From a virus (taxonomy: Duplodnaviria > Caudoviricetes): DNA of 29,847 bases. The stretch lies in the IMG/VR virus record IMGVR_UViG_3300022752_000280, positions 1 through 29,847 of that record; one strand, written 5' to 3'. The notes under the pieces are model-generated. The model was not told where the DNA came from. It made no database searches and saw only the letters and a program-made list of their open reading frames with translations. Both the position numbers and the translations under genes were made by a program. This document shows, piece after piece, positions 1 to 9,544 of the stretch (its first letter is position 1; each line of letters begins with the position of its first letter).

Positions 1-321
1 GACACCCGAAATTGTGACATCAGTTACCGAAGCAAGCAAGTTTCGAATGTCCTCAACTGCATCCCGCGCCGTTGGATAATCTTCACGACCTGCGCGACAA
101 ATAACTTGAAGCATTGGATAGTCAATTGCAATTCCGCCTGTACCCATCGTGAAGGCTGGTGGAGTTCCTGAGTTCTCAAAGACTGCCGTACAGACATCTG
201 GAGACTCTGGCAAAGTTCCAAGAAATAGAGAGGTTCCTAATGTTCCCTTAGAACTGTGTGCGCCGAAAGCGCTTGAGGTGTTCTGTAAATAATCACCTAT
301 AGATTCTAGGATTGTTGCCAT
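1..321 (-). CDS. Tail terminator / minor capsid-type neck protein (truncated by window edge)
   Basis: Not in the ORF track. Manual translation from ATG at 321 (overlapping the upstream stop) gives 107 open codons, MATILESIGDYLQ...PESPDVCTAVFENSG...DYPMLQVICRAGREDYPTARDAVEDIRNLL. Follows the gp10-like gene, as terminators usually do. Confidence 0.65.
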   Translation of the reverse strand, partial: MATILESIGDYLQNTSSAFGAHSSKGTLGTSLFLGTLPESPDVCTAVFENSGTPPAFTMGTGGIAIDYPMLQVICRAGREDYPTARDAVEDIRNLLASVTDVTISGV

Positions 322-728
322 TAGACTGCCCCGTTCTTCCTGATTAGGTCAATTATTCTACGCGCCATGTTTTTCTGAATTTCTGGCAATCTTTCCATGA
401 AAGGTTGTTCAAGGAATTTAGCCTGAGTTGGAGCATTGTGCTTGTAGTACAGAATCTCATGGACATAAAGTGCGTATGGAGCGGCTGGACCACCGAAGAA
501 AATATCAACTCCGATGCCTTGAGGAAAGTTCATTGGAGCCGAGACTCCGCCTGAGCCACGGAGAGCGCCCGTATCAATAGGGGTCAAAATCATGGCTTTA
601 GCAAAAATCATGTTGGCTTCTTCAAGGATTGCCTGACCAACTACTTTTCCAGCATCTCTGCCAGATACCTCAAGCATATTGCGTAACTCTTGAGCGCCCT
701 CTAGTTCAAATGTAAATGTCTGAGCCAT
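321..728 (-). CDS. HK97 gp10-like neck/tail-completion protein
   Basis: Motifs TPIDTGALRGS, APYALYVHE, QAKFLEQP; synteny after head-tail adaptor genes. Confidence 0.8.
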   Translation of the reverse strand: MAQTFTFELEGAQELRNMLEVSGRDAGKVVGQAILEEANMIFAKAMILTPIDTGALRGSGGVSAPMNFPQGIGVDIFFGGPAAPYALYVHEILYYKHNAPTQAKFLEQPFMERLPEIQKNMARRIIDLIRKNGAV

Positions 729-730
729 GG

Positions 731-1069
731 TTATCTACCAAAGCGTATGACGGTGTGATGCGCTCCGTTTTCGTCTGCGATGTTATCAACTGCATTGATA
801 GTAAATGTGTCGTTTCCGACTACCATTCTATGAGAAACGGTGATTGAAGTCTGTGGACCCTTGGTTACAAAGCGACCAATATCGGTGACTTCAACTCCTT
901 GAACATCACGGCTTCGAACTGTGTCATAGATAAGGCGACCAGTAGCCGAGATATTTGTTTGGGCATTGCCAAAAGTGGTTTTATTGTATTTATCAACAGA
1001 TGACTTGGGAGTAAAGACCACGGTATCGGTCATAAACTCAGCGACTTTGTTGTAGATAGCATCTGCCAT
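731..1069 (-). CDS. Head-tail stopper/adaptor (SPP1 gp16-like)
   Basis: 112 aa, beta-rich; lies between connector and gp10-like genes. Confidence 0.6.
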   Translation of the reverse strand: MADAIYNKVAEFMTDTVVFTPKSSVDKYNKTTFGNAQTNISATGRLIYDTVRSRDVQGVEVTDIGRFVTKGPQTSITVSHRMVVGNDTFTINAVDNIADENGAHHTVIRFGR

Positions 1070-1079
1070 GGCTACACCC

Positions 1080-1526
1080 TTACTCTACGATGCGTGTTTC
1101 GTAATAAGAGTTTGGATTGTCCATTGAGCCAACTACAAAGTCTGTGGCAAAATCTGTTGTTGTCTTGTCATCTGTGGACTTAAGAGCATCTGCCTTAGCC
1201 CAAGGGCGAGGAGGAGACTTACGCATCTTGCGAAGTAATAGGCTATTAGCCAATTCTTTATAGTGAGTAATTTTTGAACTATAAGATTCTGATACAGAAA
1301 TATCACCAACGCTTTTTGATGTGCTATCGGCTAGACGGGCAAAACGAGCAATAAGGATTTCAGCCAACTCACGCGCCGCTTCGTAGGCATCGCCTGACCA
1401 TTCTGTAATTACATAGTTAATTTCTTCATCTGAAAAAAGAGCATCTGTTGATGTAACATCATTAAGAAGAAATCGGACATAATTTCGAGTAGAGGTGCTT
1501 GGGTCTCCCGAATAGGTAAAAGTCAT
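1080..1526 (-). CDS. Head-tail connector protein
   Basis: N-terminal FTYSGDP...VRFLLND...LFSDEEI and SVGDISVS patterns typical of connectors; synteny. Confidence 0.7.
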   Translation of the reverse strand: MTFTYSGDPSTSTRNYVRFLLNDVTSTDALFSDEEINYVITEWSGDAYEAARELAEILIARFARLADSTSKSVGDISVSESYSSKITHYKELANSLLLRKMRKSPPRPWAKADALKSTDDKTTTDFATDFVVGSMDNPNSYYETRIVE

Positions 1527-2014
1527 TACATACCGCCGAGTAACAACATGGTTGTACGAGCAAGATTTAAGGTCTGCTTTACATTGACTGCATCGGTATC
1601 TGTTGATTCTGAAGCATCGCCAAGCCCAGTAATTTTGTAAGTACCAGCCGCTAGAGCGTTGCCTAGGGTTCCGCTGGTGATAGTTGAACTTGTAATTGTT
1701 GCGCTAGTTATTGCTGTAATCCCCGTTAGGTTTCCAGTCGTGATGACCGTTCCGCTGACATCTGCAAAAGTGACTGTTCTATCAGCGGTTGGGTCTACAA
1801 CTGTTAATGTTGTTTCAAAGCCGTTTGCTGTAGCGCCTTCAAATACAACTTCAGTTGGAACTTGAATGTTGCCAGTAAAAGTTGCCCCCGCAAGAGTCGC
1901 ATAACTATCGAACTTTGTATCTACATCTGTAGCGAGGTTTTGAATATCAGTATGAATGGCAGGGTTATCTCCTGCGCTTGGATAGCGCAAACCTTTTGTT
2001 GTTGTACCTGCCAT
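1526..2014 (-). CDS. Virion fibre/appendage protein
   Basis: Shares the VFEGATANGFETTL..DPTADRT block with 4427..5425; has KITGLGD..TDAVNVKQ fibre motif; ends MLLLGGM. Confidence 0.55.
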   Translation of the reverse strand: MAGTTTKGLRYPSAGDNPAIHTDIQNLATDVDTKFDSYATLAGATFTGNIQVPTEVVFEGATANGFETTLTVVDPTADRTVTFADVSGTVITTGNLTGITAITSATITSSTITSGTLGNALAAGTYKITGLGDASESTDTDAVNVKQTLNLARTTMLLLGGM

Positions 2015-2026
2015 TTTAGACTCCTA

Positions 2027-2365
2027 TTATTCAGTAATTTCTAACCAAGACAAAGTTTCTTCATCCCAAGTATATCGTTTATCATCAGTAGGCATAGGAG
2101 TTGGGGCTTCCCATAAATAAGTGCTTGAGTTTTTTATCCAAGATGGATACGGCTGAGGCGCATAGAATCCAATGCCGTCAAACAAGTATCCAATACCAGC
2201 ATAGTTCTTATGGATAGGAAATTTACCGCCAGAGTGAACTCCACCTGCAGTATTGTAGGAAGTTTGAACCCACTCACCACCTAGATTCTGTTCACACCAG
2301 TCTGGTCCATCAGCAACAATTACTTGTGTAACTATTCCATTTTCTATTTTTGCGTAGTGAGCCAT
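2027..2365 (-). CDS. Conserved phage protein accompanying Gly-rich fibres (possible assembly chaperone)
   Basis: MAHYAKIENGIVTQVIV...WVQTSYN...NYAGIGY...PQPYPSW...WEAPTPMP...YTWDEE pattern; lies downstream of the Gly-rich gene. Confidence 0.55.
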   Translation of the reverse strand: MAHYAKIENGIVTQVIVADGPDWCEQNLGGEWVQTSYNTAGGVHSGGKFPIHKNYAGIGYLFDGIGFYAPQPYPSWIKNSSTYLWEAPTPMPTDDKRYTWDEETLSWLEITE

Positions 2366-2559
2366 TATTTTTTATCCTTATCTTCACCATAAAGTGTTAC
2401 TGTGTTTACTAATTTAACATCACGCTTAGTTACAATTCCGCCTTTGTCATTAAGTTGTGTCGTAGCGGTTGTTTCATTATCAGCAATAATATGAACTAAC
2501 ATTGTTACTTCATAAGAAAATACCTGCGTTGCTTTTTCTTTATCTTTTACTATTTTCAT
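2365..2559 (-). CDS. Hypothetical protein
   Basis: 64 aa; GGAGAAGG RBS; stop overlaps the next start. Confidence 0.6.
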   Translation of the reverse strand: MKIVKDKEKATQVFSYEVTMLVHIIADNETTATTQLNDKGGIVTKRDVKLVNTVTLYGEDKDKK

Positions 2560-2571
2560 TTGCCTTCTCCT

Positions 2572-4413
2572 TTATACTGCGTAGCGAATAATGACAATAC
2601 CAGAACCGCCATTACCGCCAATGTTGGGTGCGGTTCCACCACCTGATGCGTTGTCTGAACCGCCTCCTCCGCCACCAGTATTTGCTGTTCCAGCACCACC
2701 AGCAACTCCTCTTGGTTCTGCACCATAACCCCCGCCCCCAAGTCCTCCTGCGGTTCGTGAACCTTGGTCGTACTGTCCACCACTACCGCCACCTGCGTAG
2801 TAATAGTTGCCTCCTGATAATTGACCTGTGCTAGTTGCCGCTCCCATAGCGTTAATTAACGCTGAAGTTGCGCCAATACCACCAGTACCAGCAGAACCAT
2901 TACCAGTTCCGTTAGCGCCACCTTGCGCACCAGCACCACCACCACCTGAACCCGTTGCGGCAGGTGAAGTCCAAAGCCCGCCCGCGTAACCTTCAACTGG
3001 CGAATAAGAACCTGAGTTACCAGCGGCACCAGCAGAGCCAATGTTTCCTGCTAACTGTGATGAACCGCCACCTGAACCACCGCTTGAACCACGACCATTA
3101 GCACCATTGTTGGAAATACCTTCAGCGCCACCGCCACCGCCGCCCGATGCAGAAGTTGAAAAGAATGATGTGTTACTTCCGTTGTTACCATAGCCTTGTG
3201 AAGTTGAACCGCCATTACCGCCAGCACCAATAGTGACCGTGTATCCAGTTACACTAAATGATTGAGATGTAAATGTGCGAAGTCCACCTGCACCGCCACC
3301 ACCACCACCGTTACCATTAGTAAAACTACCGCCACCGCCGCCGCCACCGCCAGCAACAATCATATAATCGCAAGTGAGTGATGATGTAGGTGTAAATGTT
3401 CCTGATGATGTAAATGCGTGATACCAGTAAGACCCATCATTTGTAATCGTTCCACCAGTTGCTTTAGCAGTTCCTGGATAAGTTGTATTAAATACACCTG
3501 ATGTGGTAAAGGTATGGATTGTATTTCCACCTGATGTAGTTACGATTCCACCGTATGCTTTTTGTGTGGTTCCTGCATAGCGAGCAATAACAATTCCTGA
3601 ACCACCTGAGGTTGATGCTGGAACATGAGGGTCAGGCTCAGGGTCTCCACCGCCACCACCACCACCTGTGTTTGCAGTTCCCGAGGTTCCTAATCCTTGG
3701 TCTACTGTACTGCCGTTTCCACCGCCACCACTTCCGCCAGCAGGTAAAACACCAACATTTGCACCATTAACATTTGAACCACCACCACCACCGCCAGCGT
3801 AGTAAGTTGATGTGCCTGAGATTGAAACTTGTACTCCAATACCACCATTACCACCACCAGCACCTGTTGAACCAGTAGCAAGTCTTACTCCAGTACTTCC
3901 ACCGTTTACACCAACTGCACCAGCACCGCCTCCACCACCGCTAGAAGCATCACTAGCACCAGCCGCGCCTTGACCACCATTAAATCCTTGAACTGGAGAT
4001 GCTGTTCTTGCTCCACCGCCCGTTACTGCTCCTTTATCAAATCCAGCACCGCCACCTGAACCGCCACTAGAACCATCACCTTGCCTAGTTGAAGCACCAC
4101 GACCACCGCCAGTAGATGTAATAGTTGCAAAAACAGAATCGCTTCCGTTTGAAGCACTACCACCAGCACCAACTGTAACTGTGTAAGCAGTATTAGTACT
4201 TAAAATTAAAGCAGTTTCTAAAGTACCTAGACCACCTGTATTGTCAACGGTTGAACGAAGACCGCCAGCGCCACCGCCACCACCGCCTCGACCTCCACCC
4301 GAACCTCCACCTGCGACTACAAGGTAGTCAACAGTTATATTAGAGGGCGCAAAAGAGCGCAAACCTCCGAAAGCACCAGCAGAGCCACCTGCGAGAGAAG
4401 CAATAATTGGCAT
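2572..4413 (-). CDS. Glycine-rich fibre / receptor-binding-type virion protein with two tandem domains
   Basis: Two copies of DY(L/M)(V/I)VAGGG...GGAGGLR...YTVT(V/I)GAGG...YYAGGG...ANTGGGGGG...GGSGIVI.RY. Confidence 0.75.
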   Translation of the reverse strand: MPIIASLAGGSAGAFGGLRSFAPSNITVDYLVVAGGGSGGGRGGGGGGAGGLRSTVDNTGGLGTLETALILSTNTAYTVTVGAGGSASNGSDSVFATITSTGGGRGASTRQGDGSSGGSGGGAGFDKGAVTGGGARTASPVQGFNGGQGAAGASDASSGGGGGAGAVGVNGGSTGVRLATGSTGAGGGNGGIGVQVSISGTSTYYAGGGGGGSNVNGANVGVLPAGGSGGGGNGSTVDQGLGTSGTANTGGGGGGGDPEPDPHVPASTSGGSGIVIARYAGTTQKAYGGIVTTSGGNTIHTFTTSGVFNTTYPGTAKATGGTITNDGSYWYHAFTSSGTFTPTSSLTCDYMIVAGGGGGGGGSFTNGNGGGGGGAGGLRTFTSQSFSVTGYTVTIGAGGNGGSTSQGYGNNGSNTSFFSTSASGGGGGGAEGISNNGANGRGSSGGSGGGSSQLAGNIGSAGAAGNSGSYSPVEGYAGGLWTSPAATGSGGGGAGAQGGANGTGNGSAGTGGIGATSALINAMGAATSTGQLSGGNYYYAGGGSGGQYDQGSRTAGGLGGGGYGAEPRGVAGGAGTANTGGGGGGSDNASGGGTAPNIGGNGGSGIVIIRYAV

Positions 4414-4426
4414 TATTAAATCTCCT

Positions 4427-5425
4427 TTAGGCGAACTTGGTTTGTGTTTCTAGGACTGTGAAGGTTGCAGAGGCGGTCTTGATAATTGTAAAAGAGTAAG
4501 CATCAATAGCCGAAGCATTACCACCAGTAATAGCGGCAGGAACTTTAGGAGTTACTGCGTTGCCATCAATAGTAATTGCGCTTGGATAATAAGCAGTTGC
4601 ACCATTGGTGTTTAGCCAAACAACAGTAAGTGAGTCACCTACTTGCATAAAAGTATTTAACGAAACGGTTGCCGAATATCTAAAGTTTAGAGTGTGGTTT
4701 GCTGTTGCGTTAGTAGTGTAGTACCAAATTGAGGAAGTTCCAACATTAAAGTTAATTGTTCCAGTTGCCGCAGAAGCCACAACATTCACATTCTCATTCA
4801 AACCTCTAACTCTGGTATCAGTTAAAGTTCCAGTTGCAATATTAGATGAACTAAGACCATTATTAACTGCTGTATTAACAGTAGGGCTAGTAAGAGTTTT
4901 GTTAGTAAGAGTGTCTGTTGAAGAAGTAGTAACAACATTTACGCCTTCAATAGATACGACACCAGCAGAAACTCTAGCAAGAGTTGTATCTGTTGCGTGA
5001 CCTAACTCAACACTACCTACGCCTAACGCGCTAGAAGTAGATGCAACCAAGCCAGTAATAGGCAAGCCTGTTGTATTTGTAAGCGTTCCTGATGCTGGAG
5101 TTCCAAGAGCAGGAGTTGTTAAAGTTGGGCTTGTAAGAGTTTTGTTTGTTAATGTTTGAGTTGTATCAGTACCAACCAAAGTTGTTGTGGCATCTGGCAA
5201 AGTAATTGTGCGGTCAGCCGTTGGGTCTCCAGCGCTTAGAGTTGTTTCAAACGCATCCGCTGTAGTTCCTTCAAAAACAATAGATTGGTTGAAGGCAATC
5301 TCTAGTCCACTTTGCTGACCCGTAAAAGTTGCATTGCTGATTACTGGGGATGTGAGAGTCTTATTGGTAAGCGTTGCAACTGCATCTGCGGTGACTCCTG
5401 CGCCACCATTAGTGGTAATTGCCAT
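4427..5425 (-). CDS. Fibre-like virion protein
   Basis: Three [10 protein letters not shown] repeats; Thr-rich shaft; C-terminal beta domain ending [11 protein letters not shown]. Confidence 0.65.
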   Translation of the reverse strand: MAITTNGGAGVTADAVATLTNKTLTSPVISNATFTGQQSGLEIAFNQSIVFEGTTADAFETTLSAGDPTADRTITLPDATTTLVGTDTTQTLTNKTLTSPTLTTPALGTPASGTLTNTTGLPITGLVASTSSALGVGSVELGHATDTTLARVSAGVVSIEGVNVVTTSSTDTLTNKTLTSPTVNTAVNNGLSSSNIATGTLTDTRVRGLNENVNVVASAATGTINFNVGTSSIWYYTTNATANHTLNFRYSATVSLNTFMQVGDSLTVVWLNTNGATAYYPSAITIDGNAVTPKVPAAITGGNASAIDAYSFTIIKTASATFTVLETQTKFA

Positions 5426-5754
5426 TATGCAATCTCGCTTCCGAACGCATTGAATGAAAGGCTTGTTGATGATGCGTAAACTGTTACTACATCTGAAGCA
5501 TCAATTGTAAGCCCTAGGGTATAAGCCGTGGTTGTATTTGCTTGAATAGTTGCATCGTAAACAACATAGTGTTCAGTTGCTAAGGTCGCTCCATTTGGGC
5601 GTACTGCAATTCGATATGTGCCACTTGTGCCAGCCTGATTACAGATGGTGATGGTTGAGATAACCGTCTGAGTAGAAGCAGGGCAGGTGTAAAGAGTCGT
5701 GGCGGTAGTGGCTGATGGGTTTGATTGCCCAAGAACCTTGTAAGTAGTTGCCAT
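5425..5754 (-). CDS. Small virion structural protein
   Basis: [23 protein letters not shown]...[10 protein letters not shown] beta-sandwich-like pattern; within the structural cluster. Confidence 0.55.
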   Translation of the reverse strand: MATTYKVLGQSNPSATTATTLYTCPASTQTVISTITICNQAGTSGTYRIAVRPNGATLATEHYVVYDATIQANTTTAYTLGLTIDASDVVTVYASSTSLSFNAFGSEIA

Positions 5755-5758
5755 GCGG

Positions 5759-6439
5759 TTATCCTCCGATGAGTAATAATGGACTAATGGTACCAGCCGA
5801 GTTATTTTGGGCTGTTGTAGCGCTTGCTGATGCTGAAGAAGCGTAACCCTGCGCCGAGGTTACGAATGATGTGATGTCCTCACCTGAGATGTTATATGTT
5901 GCCGCGGTGAGAGCGGAGTATGTAGCAAAGGCTGTATCTAGTGCTGTGTATGTTGAATAGGCAGAATCAATGTACCAATACTGACCAGAGGCAGGGAACT
6001 TATCTGCCGCTTGGTCAATCAAGGCATCCAGAGCAGTAATGTTGGACTCAAGGGTATTCCAAGAAGTTAGGTCTACAGCCGCTACATAACTTTCAGACAA
6101 GGCTGGGTCTGGGCTAATATCTGCTAAATCTAGTGACCCTGTAGTGGTGTAAGGGATGCTAATTGTGTAAGAACGCCCATTAGGAAATGACTCCTCAACG
6201 GTATAAAGAAAAGGATTTGGAACTACATCTGGGTCATTGGTCGCAGGGATAGCAACTGAGAAAGAGCCTGATGCGTTTAGAGGCACGACCACGCTAGATG
6301 GGGCAACCATCTGGTCATCTGTACCATTACGCAAAACCTCAGAAATACTAAAGCGAATCTGACCCTGAATTGGGTTGCCTTCAAAATCTACATAACTACC
6401 TGTAATTGTAACCGTGGTTAAATTTGGACCAAGAGCCAT
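5759..6439 (-). CDS. Virion structural protein (paralogue of 6638..7183)
   Basis: N-terminal ~110 aa align with 6638..7183 (TVTITGSYVD..GNP...GSF...P.T.D.DV.P.PF.YT..E.F..GR...LAD). Confidence 0.65.
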   Translation of the reverse strand: MALGPNLTTVTITGSYVDFEGNPIQGQIRFSISEVLRNGTDDQMVAPSSVVVPLNASGSFSVAIPATNDPDVVPNPFLYTVEESFPNGRSYTISIPYTTTGSLDLADISPDPALSESYVAAVDLTSWNTLESNITALDALIDQAADKFPASGQYWYIDSAYSTYTALDTAFATYSALTAATYNISGEDITSFVTSAQGYASSASASATTAQNNSAGTISPLLLIGG

Positions 6440-6636
6440 TAAGCACCCACCAAAAAGAACAAATCAAATTTTTCAGCCACAAAAGAATTGGCTGTATTTC
6501 TTGAACTCAAGGCGCTTGCAGTAGCCGTTGAAAGTGCGGTTGCATTAGTCGCGGCGGCATTTGTAGCCACTTCCAACTCAGTCAAAAGAGCGTTTGAAGC
6601 CGTGTATTCGGCTATCGGTACATACGGTTCAGCCAT
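6439..6636 (-). CDS. Small Ala-rich virion protein
   Basis: 65 aa, coupled to both neighbours; ends LFFLVGA. Confidence 0.55.
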   Translation of the reverse strand: MAEPYVPIAEYTASNALLTELEVATNAAATNATALSTATASALSSRNTANSFVAEKFDLFFLVGA

Positions 6637-6637
6637 C

Positions 6638-7183
6638 TTAGACTCCCATCATCATCAACTGATTAGTGGTGAAATTGGCAACTGCGCTTGCTGAGTTTGA
6701 AGCCTCTGTTGCGTAGGCAAGAGCATTGCTCTCGTATGTTGAGGCATTGACCACAATCTCTCTCCTACCGCTGGCATTGTTGTAGCGGGTTAATAGACCT
6801 TGGTAAGCATCTACCGATACATAAGCGGTGGCATCTGCTTCAGAAAGGGCTGTAAGCAGGTCTGCAAGGTTCTGAGTGGTACCTGCAACTGAGATAGGTA
6901 GCGCAATCTGGAATACACGACCAGAGGTAAAGTTCTCGGTAATTGTGTAAACAAATGGCTGTGGAGTTACATCTGTATCGCTGGTAACTGGCAAAGTGGT
7001 TGTAAAAGAGCCAGTTGCATCTAAAGTCTTAACAATGTGAACTGGCATGATGTGGACATTCAAGGTCTTTTCTTTCAAGATAGTCTGAGGTTCAATAGTG
7101 ATTGAGCCTCGAACTGGGTTGCCTAGTAAATCCACATAGGTACCAGCAACCGTTACGGTTGAAAGAGATGCTGGTAGTGCCAT
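6638..7183 (-). CDS. Virion structural protein (paralogue of 5759..6439)
   Basis: Shared N-terminal domain resembling actinophage minor structural proteins; ends LMMMGV. Confidence 0.65.
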   Translation of the reverse strand: MALPASLSTVTVAGTYVDLLGNPVRGSITIEPQTILKEKTLNVHIMPVHIVKTLDATGSFTTTLPVTSDTDVTPQPFVYTITENFTSGRVFQIALPISVAGTTQNLADLLTALSEADATAYVSVDAYQGLLTRYNNASGRREIVVNASTYESNALAYATEASNSASAVANFTTNQLMMMGV

Positions 7184-7186
7184 GAT

Positions 7187-7459
7187 TTAAGCGCCTTGAC
7201 GAAGTACATTTACGGTCTGTGTGCTTGAAGCAACTACGCCGTAAAGTTTTTCACCATCTTGCATTTCAACTGCCATATCGGTTCCGCCAGCAAGAGCGAA
7301 TCCATAAGATGTTGTTGTTACGCCTTCTCCACCTAGGTAGACAGTAGCGCCACCTGAAGGGTTTTGAACTGAGACAGTCTGACCGTCTTTACCAGCATAG
7401 TTAGACGAAACTTGAGTGGCTGTAGTGCCAATTGATACGCGTTCGTGTGAGATTGCCAT
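7187..7459 (-). CDS. Small virion protein
   Basis: 90 aa, beta-rich; AAGGGAG RBS. Confidence 0.55.
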   Translation of the reverse strand: MAISHERVSIGTTATQVSSNYAGKDGQTVSVQNPSGGATVYLGGEGVTTTSYGFALAGGTDMAVEMQDGEKLYGVVASSTQTVNVLRQGA

Positions 7460-7471
7460 AATGCTCCCTTA

Positions 7472-7511
7472 GAGAAAAAGGGGGTGACTCATTTTACTGA
7501 ATCACCCCCTT
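7472..7511 (-). terminator. Rho-independent terminator
   Basis: Minus strand AAGGGGGTGATTCA-GTAAAA-TGAGTCACCCCCTT followed by TTTCTC. Confidence 0.75.
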
Positions 7512-7515
7512 CCGA

Positions 7516-7743
7516 TTACTTGGAGGCGACTACTTTCTTCGCCTTTGGTTTTTCTTCAGCCTTTGGGGTTTCGACTACTGGAGCCTCAACCTTTGCTGGC
7601 TTTACTGCTTCATCTTCAATAATACGGATATAACGATTGCGGTTTAGCGACTTTGCGTGTTTCCATCCCTTGACATCAATGATGTCTCCAGATTGCAAGA
7701 GCCGACCATCAACCACCATATTTTTTAGAATTTGTGCGTTCAT
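7516..7743 (-). CDS. Hypothetical head-associated protein with Lys/Glu/Pro-rich tail
   Basis: 75 aa; lies downstream of the capsid genes. Confidence 0.55.
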   Translation of the reverse strand: MNAQILKNMVVDGRLLQSGDIIDVKGWKHAKSLNRNRYIRIIEDEAVKPAKVEAPVVETPKAEEKPKAKKVVASK

Positions 7744-7744
7744 A

Positions 7745-8089
7745 TTACGCAGTCATATCAATCCATACATAAGAGAATGTACGGGCTGTGTCATTGATTG
7801 CTGAACCAGTTGGGTTGTAAAGATAAATTGAAACTGTGTCCGCCGCTGTTACAGCCGCTCCACAGAAAATCAAATCATCATTTAGGTCTGCTGGTGGGTT
7901 TGCGATAATGATGTCAGTTGTCTTGGCACCTGTAAGAGTGAAAGTAACTGAACCGCGAGTTGTTGCGGGGATTGAAGCAGGGTCTACTGATGCTGTACCA
8001 AAATCTAGTCCATACACCATGTCGCCAGTTGAACCTTGAATAGCACCAACTGAAACTTCACCGCGAGAGATACGATTTACTTGAGGCAT
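7745..8089 (-). CDS. Putative capsid-associated structural protein
   Basis: 114 aa directly after the major capsid gene; AAGGA RBS; beta-rich. Confidence 0.55.
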   Translation of the reverse strand: MPQVNRISRGEVSVGAIQGSTGDMVYGLDFGTASVDPASIPATTRGSVTFTLTGAKTTDIIIANPPADLNDDLIFCGAAVTAADTVSIYLYNPTGSAINDTARTFSYVWIDMTA

Positions 8090-8104
8090 TTATTTTCCTT
8101 TTCT

Positions 8105-8142
8105 AAGAAAGAAGGGGAGAGCCTTTTCAGACCCTCCCCTTC
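8105..8142 (-). terminator. Rho-independent terminator after the major capsid gene
   Basis: Minus strand GAAGGGGAGGGTCT-GAAA-AGGCTCTCCCCTTC followed by TTTCTT. Confidence 0.8.
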
Positions 8143-8153
8143 ACTCAACTTAA

Positions 8154-9131
8154 TTAAGCAACGATTGTGTTCCAGAAGTAACCGAGGTCTGCTCCGATTA
8201 CCTTGTTATCAAACGCCATTTCCGCTTCAATGCGGTCTGACTTAATTGACTCCATACGGAACTGTGAAGTTCCGATTGTCTGTCCGAGACCACCTGAAAC
8301 ACCTGTCCAAGCGAATGTGTAACCCGCTGATGGTGTTAGAAGTCCTGGGTTTGGAGCCACATGGGTAAGGAGTGCGCCCTTGCCGAAAGCAAAGCCGTAA
8401 GCCTCAGATGCACCTTCGTTGTTAGTAGCCTTAACAGCCTTTGCAACCATAACGCGTGGAATGTCAAACATTGCCGCGAGCATATCGGTTGTGATTGTCT
8501 GTGAAGATGTGTACTTGATACGGTCTACAAGGTCTGGGTGATTCTTAAGAGCCTTGAATACATCGTATCCGAGAACAAGTGTGTTTGCTTCCATTCCTGT
8601 ATTTCCAAGAATTTCTGCTTTTCCTGCTTCGATGTCAGCGATTGGGTCTGATGATGCGTAATCTGACCAATGCTTTGTCTGACCTGATGATGGAGAACCA
8701 GCAACACCAGTTACATCGTCTGCCCATACGCCTGTTGTGAAAAAATCAGAAACGAACTGAAGTTCACGGCGAAGCATTAGACGGCGTGTAACGAACTCTG
8801 TTGCCTCACGAAGAGGGTTCAAAGGTGAGTCTGCGTTAGCAAGTGTCTGGTCATCTACATCTTTGTGGAAAGCCCATACATCTGCTGAGTATGTGCTTGT
8901 TGAGAGGTTGTAACCTCCACCAGCAGATTCAGTTCCTGGTGCGCGGCGTTGAGCCTCGTCACGGAACCAATCGTTCTTGGTGTAAGTGAAATATTTGTCT
9001 GACTTCTTATCAACAGGGATTACTGGGAATACCTTGTCGGCAATGAAGTTGTCCTGATTCTGCAAATACGCAACAGAGATGTTGGTAAGGATTGCATCAA
9101 TATGGACTGAATTGATATTTGGCTGTGGCAT
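8154..9131 (-). CDS. Major capsid protein
   Basis: 325 aa with VHIDAILTNISVAY...FIADKVFPVIPV...W..YASSDPIADI...NTLVLG...LKNHPDLVDRIKY; follows scaffold and decoration genes and precedes a terminator. Confidence 0.9.
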   Translation of the reverse strand: MPQPNINSVHIDAILTNISVAYLQNQDNFIADKVFPVIPVDKKSDKYFTYTKNDWFRDEAQRRAPGTESAGGGYNLSTSTYSADVWAFHKDVDDQTLANADSPLNPLREATEFVTRRLMLRRELQFVSDFFTTGVWADDVTGVAGSPSSGQTKHWSDYASSDPIADIEAGKAEILGNTGMEANTLVLGYDVFKALKNHPDLVDRIKYTSSQTITTDMLAAMFDIPRVMVAKAVKATNNEGASEAYGFAFGKGALLTHVAPNPGLLTPSAGYTFAWTGVSGGLGQTIGTSQFRMESIKSDRIEAEMAFDNKVIGADLGYFWNTIVA

Positions 9132-9146
9132 TTTTAGTTATCCCCT

Positions 9147-9542
9147 TTACGCCGCACGGTGCGGTGTCGCACAGTTGATTACAGCGGTCACGATGTTTCC
9201 ATCTGCCGCAGATTCGGTTAGAATTGTGCCAGCAACATACTTTGTTGTATCTGTACCAGCGACAAGGGCTACTGCCTTACCTGCCGATGAAGTTCCAACA
9301 AGTGCGCCTTCGCTAATTGCGGCTCCAGCGACAATCTTTGTACCCCCGACAACAAGAACTTCTGCTTCTTGTCCTGAAGTTGGAGCGTTCTGTAGTACGC
9401 CAATTGGAATATCAGTTGCTGCCGCCGCGGCGATTGCTTCACCTGATGAATTCAATTTGACGAATGTGTACTGCTTAGCGGAAAGGTCGGCACCTGCAAC
9501 GAGGGTGACCTTTACCGAGTAATTACTGATTTCGTATGCCAT
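9147..9542 (-). CDS. Capsid decoration/cement protein (DUF2190-like)
   Basis: AGADLSAKQYTFVK...IGVLQNAP..G..A.V...G.TK..AGAAI..G..V pattern; adjacent to the capsid gene. Confidence 0.75.
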   Translation of the reverse strand: MAYEISNYSVKVTLVAGADLSAKQYTFVKLNSSGEAIAAAAATDIPIGVLQNAPTSGQEAEVLVVGGTKIVAGAAISEGALVGTSSAGKAVALVAGTDTTKYVAGTILTESAADGNIVTAVINCATPHRAA

Positions 9543-9544
9543 GG

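Noticed and set aside
24-221. 65-aa ORF in the track
   Set aside because: It lies in another frame inside the better-supported partial gene 1..321.
2572-4413. PE-PGRS or collagen-like gene, or a DNA tandem repeat
   Set aside because: No PE domain or Gly-X-Y periodicity; the ccacc/ccgcc runs are Gly codons of a phage Gly-rich domain.
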